Of a stretch of DNA of 64,000 bases, positions 41,597 to 52,322 are shown piece after piece (within the stretch, counting starts at the first letter, position 1; each line of letters starts with the position of its first letter). The notes below the pieces were generated by a model, which did no database searches, was not told the DNA's origin, and was given only the letters and a program-made list of their open reading frames with translations. The position numbers were made by a program, and so were the translations under genes. The DNA lies in assembly GCA_965116885.1 (NCBI GenBank), contig OZ220741.1:4832001-4896000 (forward strand), read 5' to 3'. The DNA comes from Candidatus Latescibacterota bacterium (GTDB lineage: Bacteria > Latescibacterota > UBA2968).

Positions 41597-42451
41597 CTAT
41601 CGGAACAACAGACTGATATCCAGCGCCTTCACCGAATGCGTAAGTGCCCCCACTGAAATAAGATCCACGCCCGTTTCTGCAATTGCCCGAACGCTATCTA
41701 AGGACACATTGCCCGAGGCTTCCAACTCGGGTCTTTTGCCTTTTAATTTTTGCACCTTTTGCACGGCTTCGCGCATCTCATCCAGGCTCATATTGTCTAA
41801 CATCACGCGATCCGCGCCCAAAACGAGGACCTCATCGAGTTCTGATAGCGTTTCCACTTCCACCTCCACGGGCACTTCTCTGCCTTCAAAATCCATCCCT
41901 TTCCACACCGACAGCAGTGCCGGCCCAATACCGTCCGCTGCCTCAATGTGATTCTCCTTCATCAACACCATATCGAACAACCCCACCCGATGATTCATAC
42001 CACCGCCTGCAACAACGGCATATTTATCCAATAATCGCAATCCCGGCGCGGTCTTACGCGTATCCAGAATCCGCGCATTCGTTCCTTTTACGGCTTCTAC
42101 AAACTGTGCCGTCATCGTTGCAATCCCCGACATCCGCTGCAAAAAATTCAGCGCAACGCGCTCGCCTGTCAACAGCCCACGCGCGGGACCAGAAACCTCA
42201 GCCAAAACATCACCACTCGCAACGCGCTCGCCATCTTCAACCTGAGCCTCAAATACAATCGCTTCCTCTACCGCTCCAAATACCCATTGCACCACATCCA
42301 ATCCCGCAATCACGCCATCTGCCCTCGCAATAATTTTCGCCTTCGCCTGCTTTGCCAATGGCACAGTCCATTTTGTCGTAATATCCCCATCCCCCACATC
42401 TTCTATCAGTGCTCGCTCAATCACTGGCATGATATCTTTTTTATTTAACAT
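41597..42451 (-). CDS. nadC: Nicotinate-nucleotide pyrophosphorylase (quinolinate phosphoribosyltransferase)
   Basis: ERVALNFLQRMSGIAT, DTRKTAPGLR, NHRVGLFD, VEVEVE, MLDNM, EASGNV, ISVGALTHS. Confidence 0.95.
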   Translation of the reverse strand: MLNKKDIMPVIERALIEDVGDGDITTKWTVPLAKQAKAKIIARADGVIAGLDVVQWVFGAVEEAIVFEAQVEDGERVASGDVLAEVSGPARGLLTGERVALNFLQRMSGIATMTAQFVEAVKGTNARILDTRKTAPGLRLLDKYAVVAGGGMNHRVGLFDMVLMKENHIEAADGIGPALLSVWKGMDFEGREVPVEVEVETLSELDEVLVLGADRVMLDNMSLDEMREAVQKVQKLKGKRPELEASGNVSLDSVRAIAETGVDLISVGALTHSVKALDISLLFR

Positions 42452-42452
42452 C

Positions 42453-43034
42453 TCAAAAGTCCTCGGGTATATCAAACACCACCCCATCCCTCTTTTTATC
42501 GTAAAAAATGATTTTTATATCTATGGATTCGGCTAAATTTTGGGAGCGATAGGTGCTGGGCTTAATAGAATATGGTTCTTCTCCCACAAAACCATCTATA
42601 CCCTGAGATTCCTCATAAGGTTCTGCCAAACGATAATCGCAACCTTTCATCTCGGCCAGTCTTTTTAGAATCGCCTCCTGGAATCTGAGTCCAGTGAAGG
42701 TCTTGACAAGAACCAGATCCTCTACCCATGACCTCACCAAATCCCGATCTATTTTGGGAAACACCACGCTGAAGTTCTCTATCATTGCAATTATTTTATC
42801 TGTCGCATTATCTATCGCATCGGGATATTGTTCTTGATACCACATAACCCATTCTTCAAAAGTTTGCCCTGGAAATTCCTGAATCAGATCGCTCATTTGC
42901 CCAACAACTCTTGGTCGCGTACCCTGTGAATTTTGATTTGCGAGATTCATCAATTGAGTCGTGTATTTTGGAAAATCGCGGACAGGTGCGCTCACGTATT
43001 CCTGAATCTCAGCATTTTTCAATTTAATTTCCAT
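42453..43034 (-). CDS. MjaI-family type II restriction endonuclease
   Basis: FPKYTTQLMNLANQNSQGTRPRVVGQMS, EESQGIDGF...SIKP (PD-(D/E)xK-like). Confidence 0.8.
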   Translation of the reverse strand: MEIKLKNAEIQEYVSAPVRDFPKYTTQLMNLANQNSQGTRPRVVGQMSDLIQEFPGQTFEEWVMWYQEQYPDAIDNATDKIIAMIENFSVVFPKIDRDLVRSWVEDLVLVKTFTGLRFQEAILKRLAEMKGCDYRLAEPYEESQGIDGFVGEEPYSIKPSTYRSQNLAESIDIKIIFYDKKRDGVVFDIPEDF

Positions 43035-43062
43035 CCATAATCCTTTGGATGATGTGGTATCA

Positions 43063-44193
43063 TTACCTATTTAACAGATCGAGTTGAGATTCACTTTTTT
43101 CCAGGGATTCTATGGTCATTTTGTTCCTGCTCTGGTCATATATACTCTGAGGTTTCTCAGAATACGTGACTTCAAAGATATTGTCATCAGACTCTCGCAC
43201 CTCCTTTAAGCCATTCAACAAAATGGACTGTTCCTGGCTCGTCACTACGGGGCACCCATAATACCTGTTCGTATATTTCAACGGCCCTGACGTCTGAATA
43301 CGATCTTCGACAAATTCAAAATGTCTCTTTAACCTATCGCGCAAATAATCATTTGAAAAATCGACAATCTGTCGCGCCATCGGGCAAATCGCACTTTGAA
43401 AACTTTTGTCAATTTCAACGCCAAAACTATTGCGCCCCGACGTCATCGCAGCAGCAACTGTGGTACCCGTACCCAAAAACGGGTCGAGAACCACATCGCC
43501 TTTCACAGAGTACATATTGATTAAGCGATAGACCAATTCATAGGGAAACGCGGCACTCCTCAAACGCGACAACTCATCCGAAAGCCTCTGTCCTGTACCC
43601 TTAATATCCATCCAAACATCCGAATACCAGATATTTCTCTCCTCCCAAAACAAAGCGCTCTCGCGCCTGTTCTGTTTTTCGCATTCCGTCTTAAATTCTC
43701 TTTTGGAACCCTTTCGCAAAATCAAAATATACTCGTGTTCCAGAGTCACATAAGCACCAGCGGGCAACATACCAGATCCCATAAATTTATTGGGCGCATT
43801 GGTTTGTTTTCGCCAGAGAATATCGGGAAGTGCTGAAAACCCGATATTTAAGAGATAATTCAATATCCTCGCGTGATTTGGATACAGACAAAAATCACCA
43901 TTTACTTTCCGCGTTGCATCGCCAATATTGATACAGGCAAATCGACCATCTTTTAAGACCCTGAATATCTCGTCCCATACAAAATCGAGAATCTCATGCA
44001 TCAACTCATGAGCCAGCTTGCCATCCCCGACCTTTAATGCCTTCTCGATCTCCACATTCTGGCTGCCAAATACATCATCCCACATGCCAATCATGGGATA
44101 CGGCGGTGATGTCACCACCAGATCGACACTCTCTGAAGGGATATCCTTTAAGCTCCGCGCATCCCAATAAAATATTTGATGGACTGTTTTCAT
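43063..44193 (-). CDS. Site-specific DNA methyltransferase (N4C/N6A, beta class)
   Basis: VTSPPY precedes VLDPFLGTGTT. Confidence 0.9.
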   Translation of the reverse strand: MKTVHQIFYWDARSLKDIPSESVDLVVTSPPYPMIGMWDDVFGSQNVEIEKALKVGDGKLAHELMHEILDFVWDEIFRVLKDGRFACINIGDATRKVNGDFCLYPNHARILNYLLNIGFSALPDILWRKQTNAPNKFMGSGMLPAGAYVTLEHEYILILRKGSKREFKTECEKQNRRESALFWEERNIWYSDVWMDIKGTGQRLSDELSRLRSAAFPYELVYRLINMYSVKGDVVLDPFLGTGTTVAAAMTSGRNSFGVEIDKSFQSAICPMARQIVDFSNDYLRDRLKRHFEFVEDRIQTSGPLKYTNRYYGCPVVTSQEQSILLNGLKEVRESDDNIFEVTYSEKPQSIYDQSRNKMTIESLEKSESQLDLLNR

Positions 44194-44200
44194 AGATCTT

Positions 44201-46189
44201 TTACGCCACCTCTGACTTTAACCTCGCAATCTCATCGCGATATTGCGCCGCCTTCTCAAACTCCAGATTCTCAGCCGCCTCACCCATCTTGCGCGTCAAC
44301 TCTTCGATTATATCCAGCCGATTGGCACCGTCCATATACTCTGGCGACTCCTCGGCAACCATTGGCAACTCTTCTGCCTTCTCATCGGCCACAGCCGTCG
44401 TCTGAAGAATCTCTTCTCTCGTCTTGTAAAGCGTCTCAGGCGTAATGCCGTGTATAAGATTATACTCCTCCTGCAATGCCCGGCGGCGATTCGTCTCATC
44501 GATGGCGCGCTGCATCGAATCCGTCACCTTATCCGCATACATAATAACCGTACCCCTTGCATTTCGCGCGGCTCGACCAGCCGTCTGAATCAACGACCGC
44601 TCCGACCGCAAAAACCCTTCCTTATCCGCATCCAGAATAGCAACCAGCGACACCTCTGGCAGATCCAACCCCTCGCGCAGCAAATTCACGCCCACGAGCA
44701 CATCAAATTCACCCAAACGCAAATCCCTGATAATTGCCACACGCTCGAGCGAATCGACATCTGAGTGCATATAGCGCGCCTTGATACCCAACTCGCGCAT
44801 ATACTCCGACAAATCCTCTGCCATGCGCTTGGTCAGCGTCGTCACCAGCACGCGATCGCCGCGCTCCACCCGCACCCGCGATTCCTCGATAAGATCATCA
44901 ACCTGCCCCCGCACAGGTCGGACCACCATCTCGGGGTCGAGCAACCCCGTCGGACGAATCACCTGCTCCACCACCACGCCCTGACACTGTTCCAACTCGT
45001 AATCTGCAGGCGTGGCCGACATAAAAACAACCTGCTTTGCCTTCTGCTCAAACTCCTCAAAATACAACGGGCGATTGTCCAATGCCGCGGGTAATCTGAA
45101 CCCGTGCTCTATCAACACCTCTTTGCGAGACCGATCCCCATTCCACATCCCGCGCAACTGCGGAATCGTCACATGGGATTCATCCAGCACAATCAGAAAA
45201 TCATCCGAAAAATAATCCAGCAACACATAAGGAGCTTCCCCGGGTTTTCGCCCATCGATATACCGCGAATAATTTTCAATACCCTGACAAAAGCCAATCT
45301 CGCGCATCATCTCGATATCGTAGCGCGTGCGCATCTCCAGCCGCTGCGCCTCTAACAACTTGCCCTGATCGTTAAATGCCTCAAGTTGTTTGGCCAAATC
45401 CACCTCAATCTGAACAATGGCTTTCTCAATGCGATTGCCACTGGTCACAAAGTGCTTGGCCGGGTAAATAACAATGCGATCGCGCTCCGCAAGCACCTCG
45501 CCCGTCACGGGATGCACCTCGCTCAACGCGTCAATCTCATCGCCAAAAAACTCCACGCGCACCGGATGCTCGCGCTCGGGCGGATAAATTTCGACCACAT
45601 CGCCGCGCACCCGAAAAGCGGCAGGCTCAAAAGCCACATCATTGCGCGTAAAATGGATATCCACCAGCTTGCGCAACATCGCATCGCGATCCATCTCTGC
45701 ACCGCGGTCCAGAATCACCAGATGATCTTCGTATTCATCCGGATTGCCAATACCGTAAATACACGACACACTCGCCACAATGATCACATCTCGCCGCTCC
45801 ATCAAAGCACTCGTCGCGCGCAGACGCAAGCGGTTGATCTCATCGTTGATATCCGCTTCTTTTTCAATAAACGTATCCGTCACCGGCTTATAGGCTTCGG
45901 GCTGGTAATAATCGTAATACGAAATAAAATACTCCACAGCATTATTCGGGAAAAAGCTCCGAAATTCACCGTAGAGTTGCGCCGCCAGGGTTTTGTTGTG
46001 GGAAATCACGAGCGTAGGCTTTTGAACGGCTTCAATTACCTTGGACATTGAAAACGTCTTACCCGTACCCGTTGCCCCCATCAAAGTTTGGTATGGCGCA
46101 CCATCTCGAATACCCTCGGCAAGTTCTTCAATCGCCAGGGGCTGATCGCCCGCAGGCTCAAAAGGCGATATTACTTCAAATCGCGGCAT
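44201..46189 (-). CDS. uvrB: Excinuclease ABC subunit B
   Basis: [41 protein letters not shown]-terminal UVR domain. Confidence 0.98.
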   Translation of the reverse strand: MPRFEVISPFEPAGDQPLAIEELAEGIRDGAPYQTLMGATGTGKTFSMSKVIEAVQKPTLVISHNKTLAAQLYGEFRSFFPNNAVEYFISYYDYYQPEAYKPVTDTFIEKEADINDEINRLRLRATSALMERRDVIIVASVSCIYGIGNPDEYEDHLVILDRGAEMDRDAMLRKLVDIHFTRNDVAFEPAAFRVRGDVVEIYPPEREHPVRVEFFGDEIDALSEVHPVTGEVLAERDRIVIYPAKHFVTSGNRIEKAIVQIEVDLAKQLEAFNDQGKLLEAQRLEMRTRYDIEMMREIGFCQGIENYSRYIDGRKPGEAPYVLLDYFSDDFLIVLDESHVTIPQLRGMWNGDRSRKEVLIEHGFRLPAALDNRPLYFEEFEQKAKQVVFMSATPADYELEQCQGVVVEQVIRPTGLLDPEMVVRPVRGQVDDLIEESRVRVERGDRVLVTTLTKRMAEDLSEYMRELGIKARYMHSDVDSLERVAIIRDLRLGEFDVLVGVNLLREGLDLPEVSLVAILDADKEGFLRSERSLIQTAGRAARNARGTVIMYADKVTDSMQRAIDETNRRRALQEEYNLIHGITPETLYKTREEILQTTAVADEKAEELPMVAEESPEYMDGANRLDIIEELTRKMGEAAENLEFEKAAQYRDEIARLKSEVA

Positions 46190-46330
46190 AGTGATTTCCC
46201 CTAAAAAAATCAGTTGTCGGTTCGCGCCTTGACTCACACCCCATAACTGCTTTAATTTAGACAGAGAATTACCGAAACGCAAGGTCAACCCCGCTATTTC
46301 TATCCGCAGGCGAGCTCGCAGGAGGTCTCC

Positions 46331-47518
46331 GTGAAAATTTTTCTCAAAAGCACCATTCTGTTCGCGCTATTTGGCCTGATGACCTGTGGGGGAAAAAGCA
46401 CAGATACACTGGGACCGGGAGACTCGGGCAATCCTTCCGCCCCCCCTGGCGACACGACATCCGGCAATACGCAAACCTCTGGCTCAATCAATCGCGAACC
46501 GCAAGCAGGTGGCAATTTTCTAAGTGACTTTCCCAAAGACAGAATTCTATCGGGTGGCGTACCGCCCGATGGCATTCCAGCACTCACCGATCCCCCATTT
46601 GTCGAACTCACATCCAGTGAAGCCGCCTACCTCAACGATGAGGATCTCGTCCTCGGCGTGGTCCTCAATGGCGAAGCCAGGGCCTATCCCCACAACATGG
46701 GCTGGTGGCACGAAATCATCAACGACGTGGTTGGCGAACAGCCCATTATTGTGAGCTTTTGCCCACTAACCGGAACGGGACTCATCTTTAGCGGACAGGG
46801 CAATGACCAATCGCGCATCCAGTGTGGGGTCTCCGGTTTGCTATTCAACAACAACCTCATTATGTACGACCGCCGCCAACAGGGAATTCTATATCCGCAG
46901 ATGATCCACATCCCGGTTGAAAGCGGAACCGAAGAATTACAACTCCTGCCCGTAATTGAAACCACCTGGCGCTACTGGAAACAACTCTATCCCGATTCCA
47001 AAGTCATCAGTGCCAATACGGGCGTTTACGCACCCAGCAGATACCAGAGCTATCCCTATGGCGACTATCGAGATCCGAATACTGCGCCGCTTTTCCCCTC
47101 CTTCCCCAGTTTGCTCGACAATCCAACCGCGCAGATATTCCCGCCCAAAACCCTCACACTGGGTATTCGTTTTGGCGAAACAGCCAAAGCCTATCCCTTT
47201 CCCACCATGGGAACAGAAGCCGTCATCAACGACGTAGTCGCGGGCAATGCCATTCTCGTCGTCTATTACCACCAGGAGCAATACGCAATACCCTTTGATC
47301 GGGCGGTCGATGGTCAAACCCTCACATTTGAGAAAGCACTTCCCCGCGACACAGTCTATCCCTTTCTCCTGCGCGACCAGGAGACGGGCAGCACCTGGAA
47401 CCTCAAAGGCGAAGCCATTGCCGGGCCACTCCAAAATAAGACCTTAGAACAACTACCTTCCCACAATGCCTTCTGGTTTGCCTGGGCAACCTTCTGGCAG
47501 AATACCGGAATTTATTAG
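46331..47518 (+). CDS. DUF3179-family lipoprotein
   Basis: Lipobox [49 protein letters not shown]. Confidence 0.8.
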   Translation: MKIFLKSTILFALFGLMTCGGKSTDTLGPGDSGNPSAPPGDTTSGNTQTSGSINREPQAGGNFLSDFPKDRILSGGVPPDGIPALTDPPFVELTSSEAAYLNDEDLVLGVVLNGEARAYPHNMGWWHEIINDVVGEQPIIVSFCPLTGTGLIFSGQGNDQSRIQCGVSGLLFNNNLIMYDRRQQGILYPQMIHIPVESGTEELQLLPVIETTWRYWKQLYPDSKVISANTGVYAPSRYQSYPYGDYRDPNTAPLFPSFPSLLDNPTAQIFPPKTLTLGIRFGETAKAYPFPTMGTEAVINDVVAGNAILVVYYHQEQYAIPFDRAVDGQTLTFEKALPRDTVYPFLLRDQETGSTWNLKGEAIAGPLQNKTLEQLPSHNAFWFAWATFWQNTGIY

Positions 47519-47534
47519 ACAGACATATCCCTCT

Positions 47535-48425
47535 ATGCCCTGCTTTTATTGGCTTATCCTCTTCATACTCTTGCCTCATACCGCTTATGCAGGTGCCTGG
47601 ACACTCGCAAAAGGCCATCTCTGGGGCAAAATCACAGGTATGACGCAATCGACAAATGAAGAATATGTGGCCGTTGGAGGCGCAGGACGCGAACCCGATC
47701 TCAATCGCCTCTATGAACCCGGAGACCGCGCGCACTACCGCGAAAATGGGCATTACAATTCACAGGCACTCTTTATCGACCTGTTTTACGGCCTGCGTGA
47801 TCGCATCGACATCGGCATACAAATCCCCTACTATCGCCGGGAATTTGAAAACGTCGGCTTCAGACCGGCGAATATCGCATCGGATTTTGGTGACATACGC
47901 GGATTTGCCAAAATCAACATTGCCCAAAATCCTGTTGTGGGCACAATAAAATTTGGAACCAAAGCCCCCACAGGCAAGTTTCAAAACCAGGATGGAATTA
48001 TTTCCGCAGGTGAAGGCCAATGGGATTTTGAATTAACTGCACAAATCGGCCGATCTTTTTGGCCCTTTCCAATGTACGCCAACATCGATATGGGGTATCG
48101 CGTCCGCCTGCAAAACAATACCACCCATTACGACCCCGGCGACGAGTGGTTTTTGAACTCAGAAATAGGTTATAATCCCATCGACAAACTCATCATCATC
48201 CTCAAATTAGAGGGCATCAGAGGTAGGCCATCCCGCGTATTGGGCCTCCAACTATCCAGTGATATCAGGCGCATAACCTATTTCGCGCCCACGCTCCTCA
48301 TAGGCCCCTTTCAAAACCTGAGCTTCGAAACCTCGGTGCGTATAACCGCTGGTGGGCGCAACTTCCCCGCCGGTCATATATGGACCGCAGGGATTTCATA
48401 CTCGGGTCTCATGGGCAAAATGTGA
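47535..48425 (+). CDS. Outer-membrane barrel (MetA/phenol-degradation transporter-like), paralogue 1
   Basis: AGAWTL N-terminus; FGDI, KAPTG, GEGQWD motifs. Confidence 0.6.
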   Translation: MPCFYWLILFILLPHTAYAGAWTLAKGHLWGKITGMTQSTNEEYVAVGGAGREPDLNRLYEPGDRAHYRENGHYNSQALFIDLFYGLRDRIDIGIQIPYYRREFENVGFRPANIASDFGDIRGFAKINIAQNPVVGTIKFGTKAPTGKFQNQDGIISAGEGQWDFELTAQIGRSFWPFPMYANIDMGYRVRLQNNTTHYDPGDEWFLNSEIGYNPIDKLIIILKLEGIRGRPSRVLGLQLSSDIRRITYFAPTLLIGPFQNLSFETSVRITAGGRNFPAGHIWTAGISYSGLMGKM

Positions 48426-48591
48426 CGCGACCACGCGCTCGGATTTACGCATCTATCCACAATGTACCTGTTTACTCCATTTCCAAACATTTGCAAAATA
48501 GCCATCTTTTATTTATCTTCGCACCTGAGCAGTTTAAACAGCGGACCGATTACCGCTGGGCTGCTTATGGTAAAACACTTTATTAGAAAGG

Positions 48592-49491
48592 ATGGAAATG
48601 ACCACTTCCACGTCACAGTTTACCCCGTGTATAAAGTTCCTTCTCGCCATCGCGCTTTGTGCCCTTTTACCACATACTGCTTATGCAGGTGCGTGGACAC
48701 TTCAAAAGGGCCATTTTTGGGGCAAAATTACGACCTTAATTACATCGACCTCAGAAAGATATAACGCGGAAGGAAATACAGGTGGATTTGGACCAGCAAC
48801 TGCAGCTGCTGTCTATAAGTCACAATCCGTGTATCTCGACTTTTTTTACGGCATAAACGACCGCGTTGACATTGGAATACAAATCCCCTTTATCAGCAAT
48901 AAATACGATCACGACAATTTTAATTTTCCGAGTTTTATTGCTCTGGACGCATCGGGTATTGGTGACATTCGCGGATTTGCCAAAATCAACCTCGTGCAAC
49001 AAGATGTTGTGGCAACCCTAAAATTGGGATTCAAAGCCCCAACAGGCGCTTATGACGATGGGCAAGACCCCGCGGGTGCATATAAAAATGAGGGCATGTC
49101 CGTGGGATCGGGCCAATCAGATATTGACTTGATTCTGCAATTGGGACGGTCTTTCTATCCCGCTCCCGTTTACGCCAATCTCGACCTGGGGTATCGTGTC
49201 CGCATGGAAAACAGTACCAGCGGATTTAACCCAGGTGAAGAGATAATTTACAATGCCGAAATCGGTGTCAATCCCACCGACATACTCCTCCTCGCGCTCA
49301 AATTAGAAGGCATCGCTGGCGCAGAAGGCAGCAGGGGGAATGACGATATAGGCATCACATATCTTGCCCCCACAGTGTTCATTAATGTGCATCAAAATCT
49401 GAGTATTGAAGCCTCGGTGCGCATCCCTGTTGCCGGACGCAATTTCTTCGGTGGTCGCTTGTGGGGCGTAGGGCTCTATTTTCAAAAGTAA
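48592..49491 (+). CDS. Outer-membrane barrel, paralogue 2
   Basis: Shares LLPHTAYAGAWTL.KGH.WGKIT, GDIRGFAKIN and KAPTG with the preceding gene. Confidence 0.6.
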   Translation: MEMTTSTSQFTPCIKFLLAIALCALLPHTAYAGAWTLQKGHFWGKITTLITSTSERYNAEGNTGGFGPATAAAVYKSQSVYLDFFYGINDRVDIGIQIPFISNKYDHDNFNFPSFIALDASGIGDIRGFAKINLVQQDVVATLKLGFKAPTGAYDDGQDPAGAYKNEGMSVGSGQSDIDLILQLGRSFYPAPVYANLDLGYRVRMENSTSGFNPGEEIIYNAEIGVNPTDILLLALKLEGIAGAEGSRGNDDIGITYLAPTVFINVHQNLSIEASVRIPVAGRNFFGGRLWGVGLYFQK

Positions 49492-49517
49492 TCTGTAACT
49501 GTACAGCGAGTAAATTT

Positions 49518-49550
49518 GAGCGGGTGGAGGTTTCACCCGCTCTTCTTTTT
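49518..49550 (+). terminator. Terminator
   Basis: GAGCGGGTG...CACCCGCTC-TTCTTTTT. Confidence 0.8.
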
Positions 49551-50755
49551 TACAAAATCACGTGCTCCCCGCCCGTACTCAAACGCCCGTGATCCCAGGG
49601 CGTAATCCAATCTTCGGCAATATCCATTCCAAATCCCGGCGCATCCGACGGCACCAGGTAGCCATCTTTGGGCACGGGGACGCCCGGCATCCGCGCGACC
49701 TCTTTTAGAGGCACCCCCACGGGTGTACTCAAATGAAATTCACACAGAGTACACTCGGGCATCGCATAGCAAAAATGCTGTCCATAAGCCGAATTACAGC
49801 CCCCGTGCGGACTGCTCTTAATGCCGGCGGCTTCGGCAATGTGGTGAATCTTCACGGCTTCGGTCATCCCCCCACACCAGTGCAAATCGGGTTGCACGAC
49901 ATCCACACAGCGATTCTCCACGAGTTGGCGAAACGGAATCCGCGTGTGGTGATCCTCACCGGTTGCAATGGGAATCCAGGTCATGGCTTTTTTCAATTGA
50001 ATATGCCCTTCGAGGTCTTCTGGAAACAGCGGCTCTTCCATCCACTTCAATTCGTAGGGCCTGAGCCGCTCTCCCAGACGAATGGCAAACTCCACATCGT
50101 AAGCCATCACGGGATTGATCATCAGTTCGGCATTTTTTCCCACAGTTTCTCGCGCAAGGGCGACCTTTTCCTCCATAATATTTATACCCGTGATACCCTG
50201 TTCGTAATGCACGGGATTCGTAATTTTAAACGCCTCAAAACCAAGCTCCATCGACCAATCGAGATCATCGCCTGTACAATAACACCGAATTTTCTCGCGA
50301 GACGGTCCCCCGAGCAATCTGTAAACGGGCTGGTCGAGCAACTTCCCTTTCAAATCCCACAAAGCCAGATCAATTGCACTCTGCGCGCAAGCAGACAACC
50401 CCAGCGACCCGTGCCTTTTGGAAGCCCGCCACATCATATCGTTGAGATGCTCGGTAGCAAAACAATCCCGGCCCTGCAGCAAGGGCGCGTAAAAAGCATC
50501 GACCAATGCGGCAACGGGCTCACCAAATCCCGTTCTGCCCAGACCCCATGTCCCATCCTCAGCCGTTATTTTAACCCACACGCCTCGCCCGCCAATACCC
50601 GGCGACTTGCTCGGCACATCTGGCGAAAACTCCGGATATTTATTCATCGGCAGGCCAATCGGCGACGAATGCCGCCAGCTCGAACGGCGCGCGGGTGTTA
50701 TCGGTTTCTGTTGTGGAATGGAAACATTCACAGCTTCAATGGATTTAATCTTCAC
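49550..50755 (-). CDS. Enolase-superfamily acid-sugar dehydratase (L-rhamnonate dehydratase-like)
   Basis: SAIDLALWDLKGK, WMEEPL, ATGED, QPDLHWCGG, PHG. Confidence 0.8.
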   Translation of the reverse strand: MKIKSIEAVNVSIPQQKPITPARRSSWRHSSPIGLPMNKYPEFSPDVPSKSPGIGGRGVWVKITAEDGTWGLGRTGFGEPVAALVDAFYAPLLQGRDCFATEHLNDMMWRASKRHGSLGLSACAQSAIDLALWDLKGKLLDQPVYRLLGGPSREKIRCYCTGDDLDWSMELGFEAFKITNPVHYEQGITGINIMEEKVALARETVGKNAELMINPVMAYDVEFAIRLGERLRPYELKWMEEPLFPEDLEGHIQLKKAMTWIPIATGEDHHTRIPFRQLVENRCVDVVQPDLHWCGGMTEAVKIHHIAEAAGIKSSPHGGCNSAYGQHFCYAMPECTLCEFHLSTPVGVPLKEVARMPGVPVPKDGYLVPSDAPGFGMDIAEDWITPWDHGRLSTGGEHVIL

Positions 50756-50767
50756 AATTCCTCCTAT

Positions 50768-51352
50768 TCATGTGTTTAGCATATAGCCAAAAATGAAAAA
50801 CGCGACCCCAGCCCCCACAATACTACCCACCAGAATCTGAGAGAGAGAATGAGCCTGTAATACGAACCGCGCCCACGAAACCAGACCCGCGGGAACAACC
50901 GCCCACCAGCTACCATAGAGCGCGATCACCACACCACAGGCAGCCCAAAGCCCCATGGCGTGTAAGCTAATTTTCCATCGCATCGTTATCAACAGCGCGA
51001 TCGTACCCTGAACTGCGACACAGACCATCAGCGCGTATAGCGCGGGCGGCGAGTGTATCAGATACAGAACACCAACACCCACCCAGGAACTCGCAAAATA
51101 AAAGAAAAGCGGTCGCAGCCGGTCGCGGCGTTCTGGAATAAACAGCTCGCTAATCTCACCTCGACGACGCATGTACAATACCACACCCCAGGGCGCGAAA
51201 ACAGTGAAAAAAAGCGCGATCAAAACACACAGCACACTCCAGGTACCCGAACCAGGCGCCTCAAGGGACACCAGCACAATCACAACCCCCAGCACAAATA
51301 CGGGATTTAAAACCCGAGAAACGCACATGGCAAATTTCTCTTTATTGACCAT
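50768..51352 (-). CDS. PAP2-like membrane protein
   Basis: WKISLH and WARFVLQAHSLSQILVG motifs; start could also be 51373. Confidence 0.7.
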   Translation of the reverse strand: MVNKEKFAMCVSRVLNPVFVLGVVIVLVSLEAPGSGTWSVLCVLIALFFTVFAPWGVVLYMRRRGEISELFIPERRDRLRPLFFYFASSWVGVGVLYLIHSPPALYALMVCVAVQGTIALLITMRWKISLHAMGLWAACGVVIALYGSWWAVVPAGLVSWARFVLQAHSLSQILVGSIVGAGVAFFIFGYMLNT

Positions 51353-51435
51353 AAGCCTTCCCATCACTTTCATACAAAATAATGAACCCTGCTCAGAAAA
51401 TCAAAACTCAAGTTTTTGCTCTCGGATACGATACC

Positions 51436-51464
51436 TTGACAACACCATTGCATTAAACTATTTT
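51436..51464 (+). promoter_or_regulatory. Candidate sigma70 promoter
   Basis: TTGACA-N17-TATTTT upstream of the PhyH gene. Confidence 0.45.
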
Positions 51465-51514
51465 GCTGACATTATTCACTGATTTGGCAAAGGGTTAGAA
51501 AAGAGGAGCATAAC

Positions 51515-52306
51515 ATGACACCTGAAACTGCCCTGAAAACGCGGGAGAACATGCTCCGCGATGGGTACTGCGTCATCGACGATATTTTGACAGACGAGTT
51601 CCTCGAAGAACTGCGCGAAGAATCCGAGCGGTTAATTGCCAATCACTACGAACACGAGGAATTTAGATATCAGGGTCAACACGTGAATGTGCGCGGTGAA
51701 GACAATCCAATCATCCAAAAGCTACTCGACTGGGAACCATCGCGGCGGGCACTCGAACAACTGGGCTTTGGTGATTTTCAAACCGGAGGCGGCATCATCA
51801 TCCTCACCAAAGAACCCAAAGGACCACCGCTCTACTGGCACCAGGACTGGATGCAATGGAACGACCCCATCAGTTGCTCTCCCTGGCCGCAGATCATATT
51901 TCTGAACTATTATCTAACCGATACCGCAGTAGAAAACGGCTGTTTGAAAGTCATCCCCGGCACCCACCGCAAGCGCATACCACTCCACGATCAACTGGTG
52001 CCCGCACACGAACAGGGTGCCCGATTTATAGAAGAAACCCATCCCATCATGTTCAGCAATCACCCGGATGAGGTCAATGTCCCCATCTCTGCGCGCTCGC
52101 TGGTATTGGGCGATGCCCGCATCCTGCACTCTGCCGGAAGAAATTACACAGACGAGCGCAGAACCCTGATCCTCGCCTGGCACAGACGCCCTACCACTGA
52201 TGTGCCAGACTACTGGAAAGGGGATATCCCCGAAGTCATAGCCAACCGCGACCCCGATCAAAAGTACGAGGGATCGCGCATCCCCGGCAAATACCTCAAA
52301 CCGTAA
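51515..52306 (+). CDS. PhyH-family Fe(II)/2-oxoglutarate dioxygenase
   Basis: WHQD, ENGCLKVIPGTH, LHSAGRN...RR. Confidence 0.9.
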   Translation: MTPETALKTRENMLRDGYCVIDDILTDEFLEELREESERLIANHYEHEEFRYQGQHVNVRGEDNPIIQKLLDWEPSRRALEQLGFGDFQTGGGIIILTKEPKGPPLYWHQDWMQWNDPISCSPWPQIIFLNYYLTDTAVENGCLKVIPGTHRKRIPLHDQLVPAHEQGARFIEETHPIMFSNHPDEVNVPISARSLVLGDARILHSAGRNYTDERRTLILAWHRRPTTDVPDYWKGDIPEVIANRDPDQKYEGSRIPGKYLKP

Positions 52307-52322
52307 AAGAAAAGGCCATAGT

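Noticed and set aside
46331..47518. Selenoprotein recoding in the DUF3179 gene
   Set aside because: No in-frame TGA; the motif reads CPLT.
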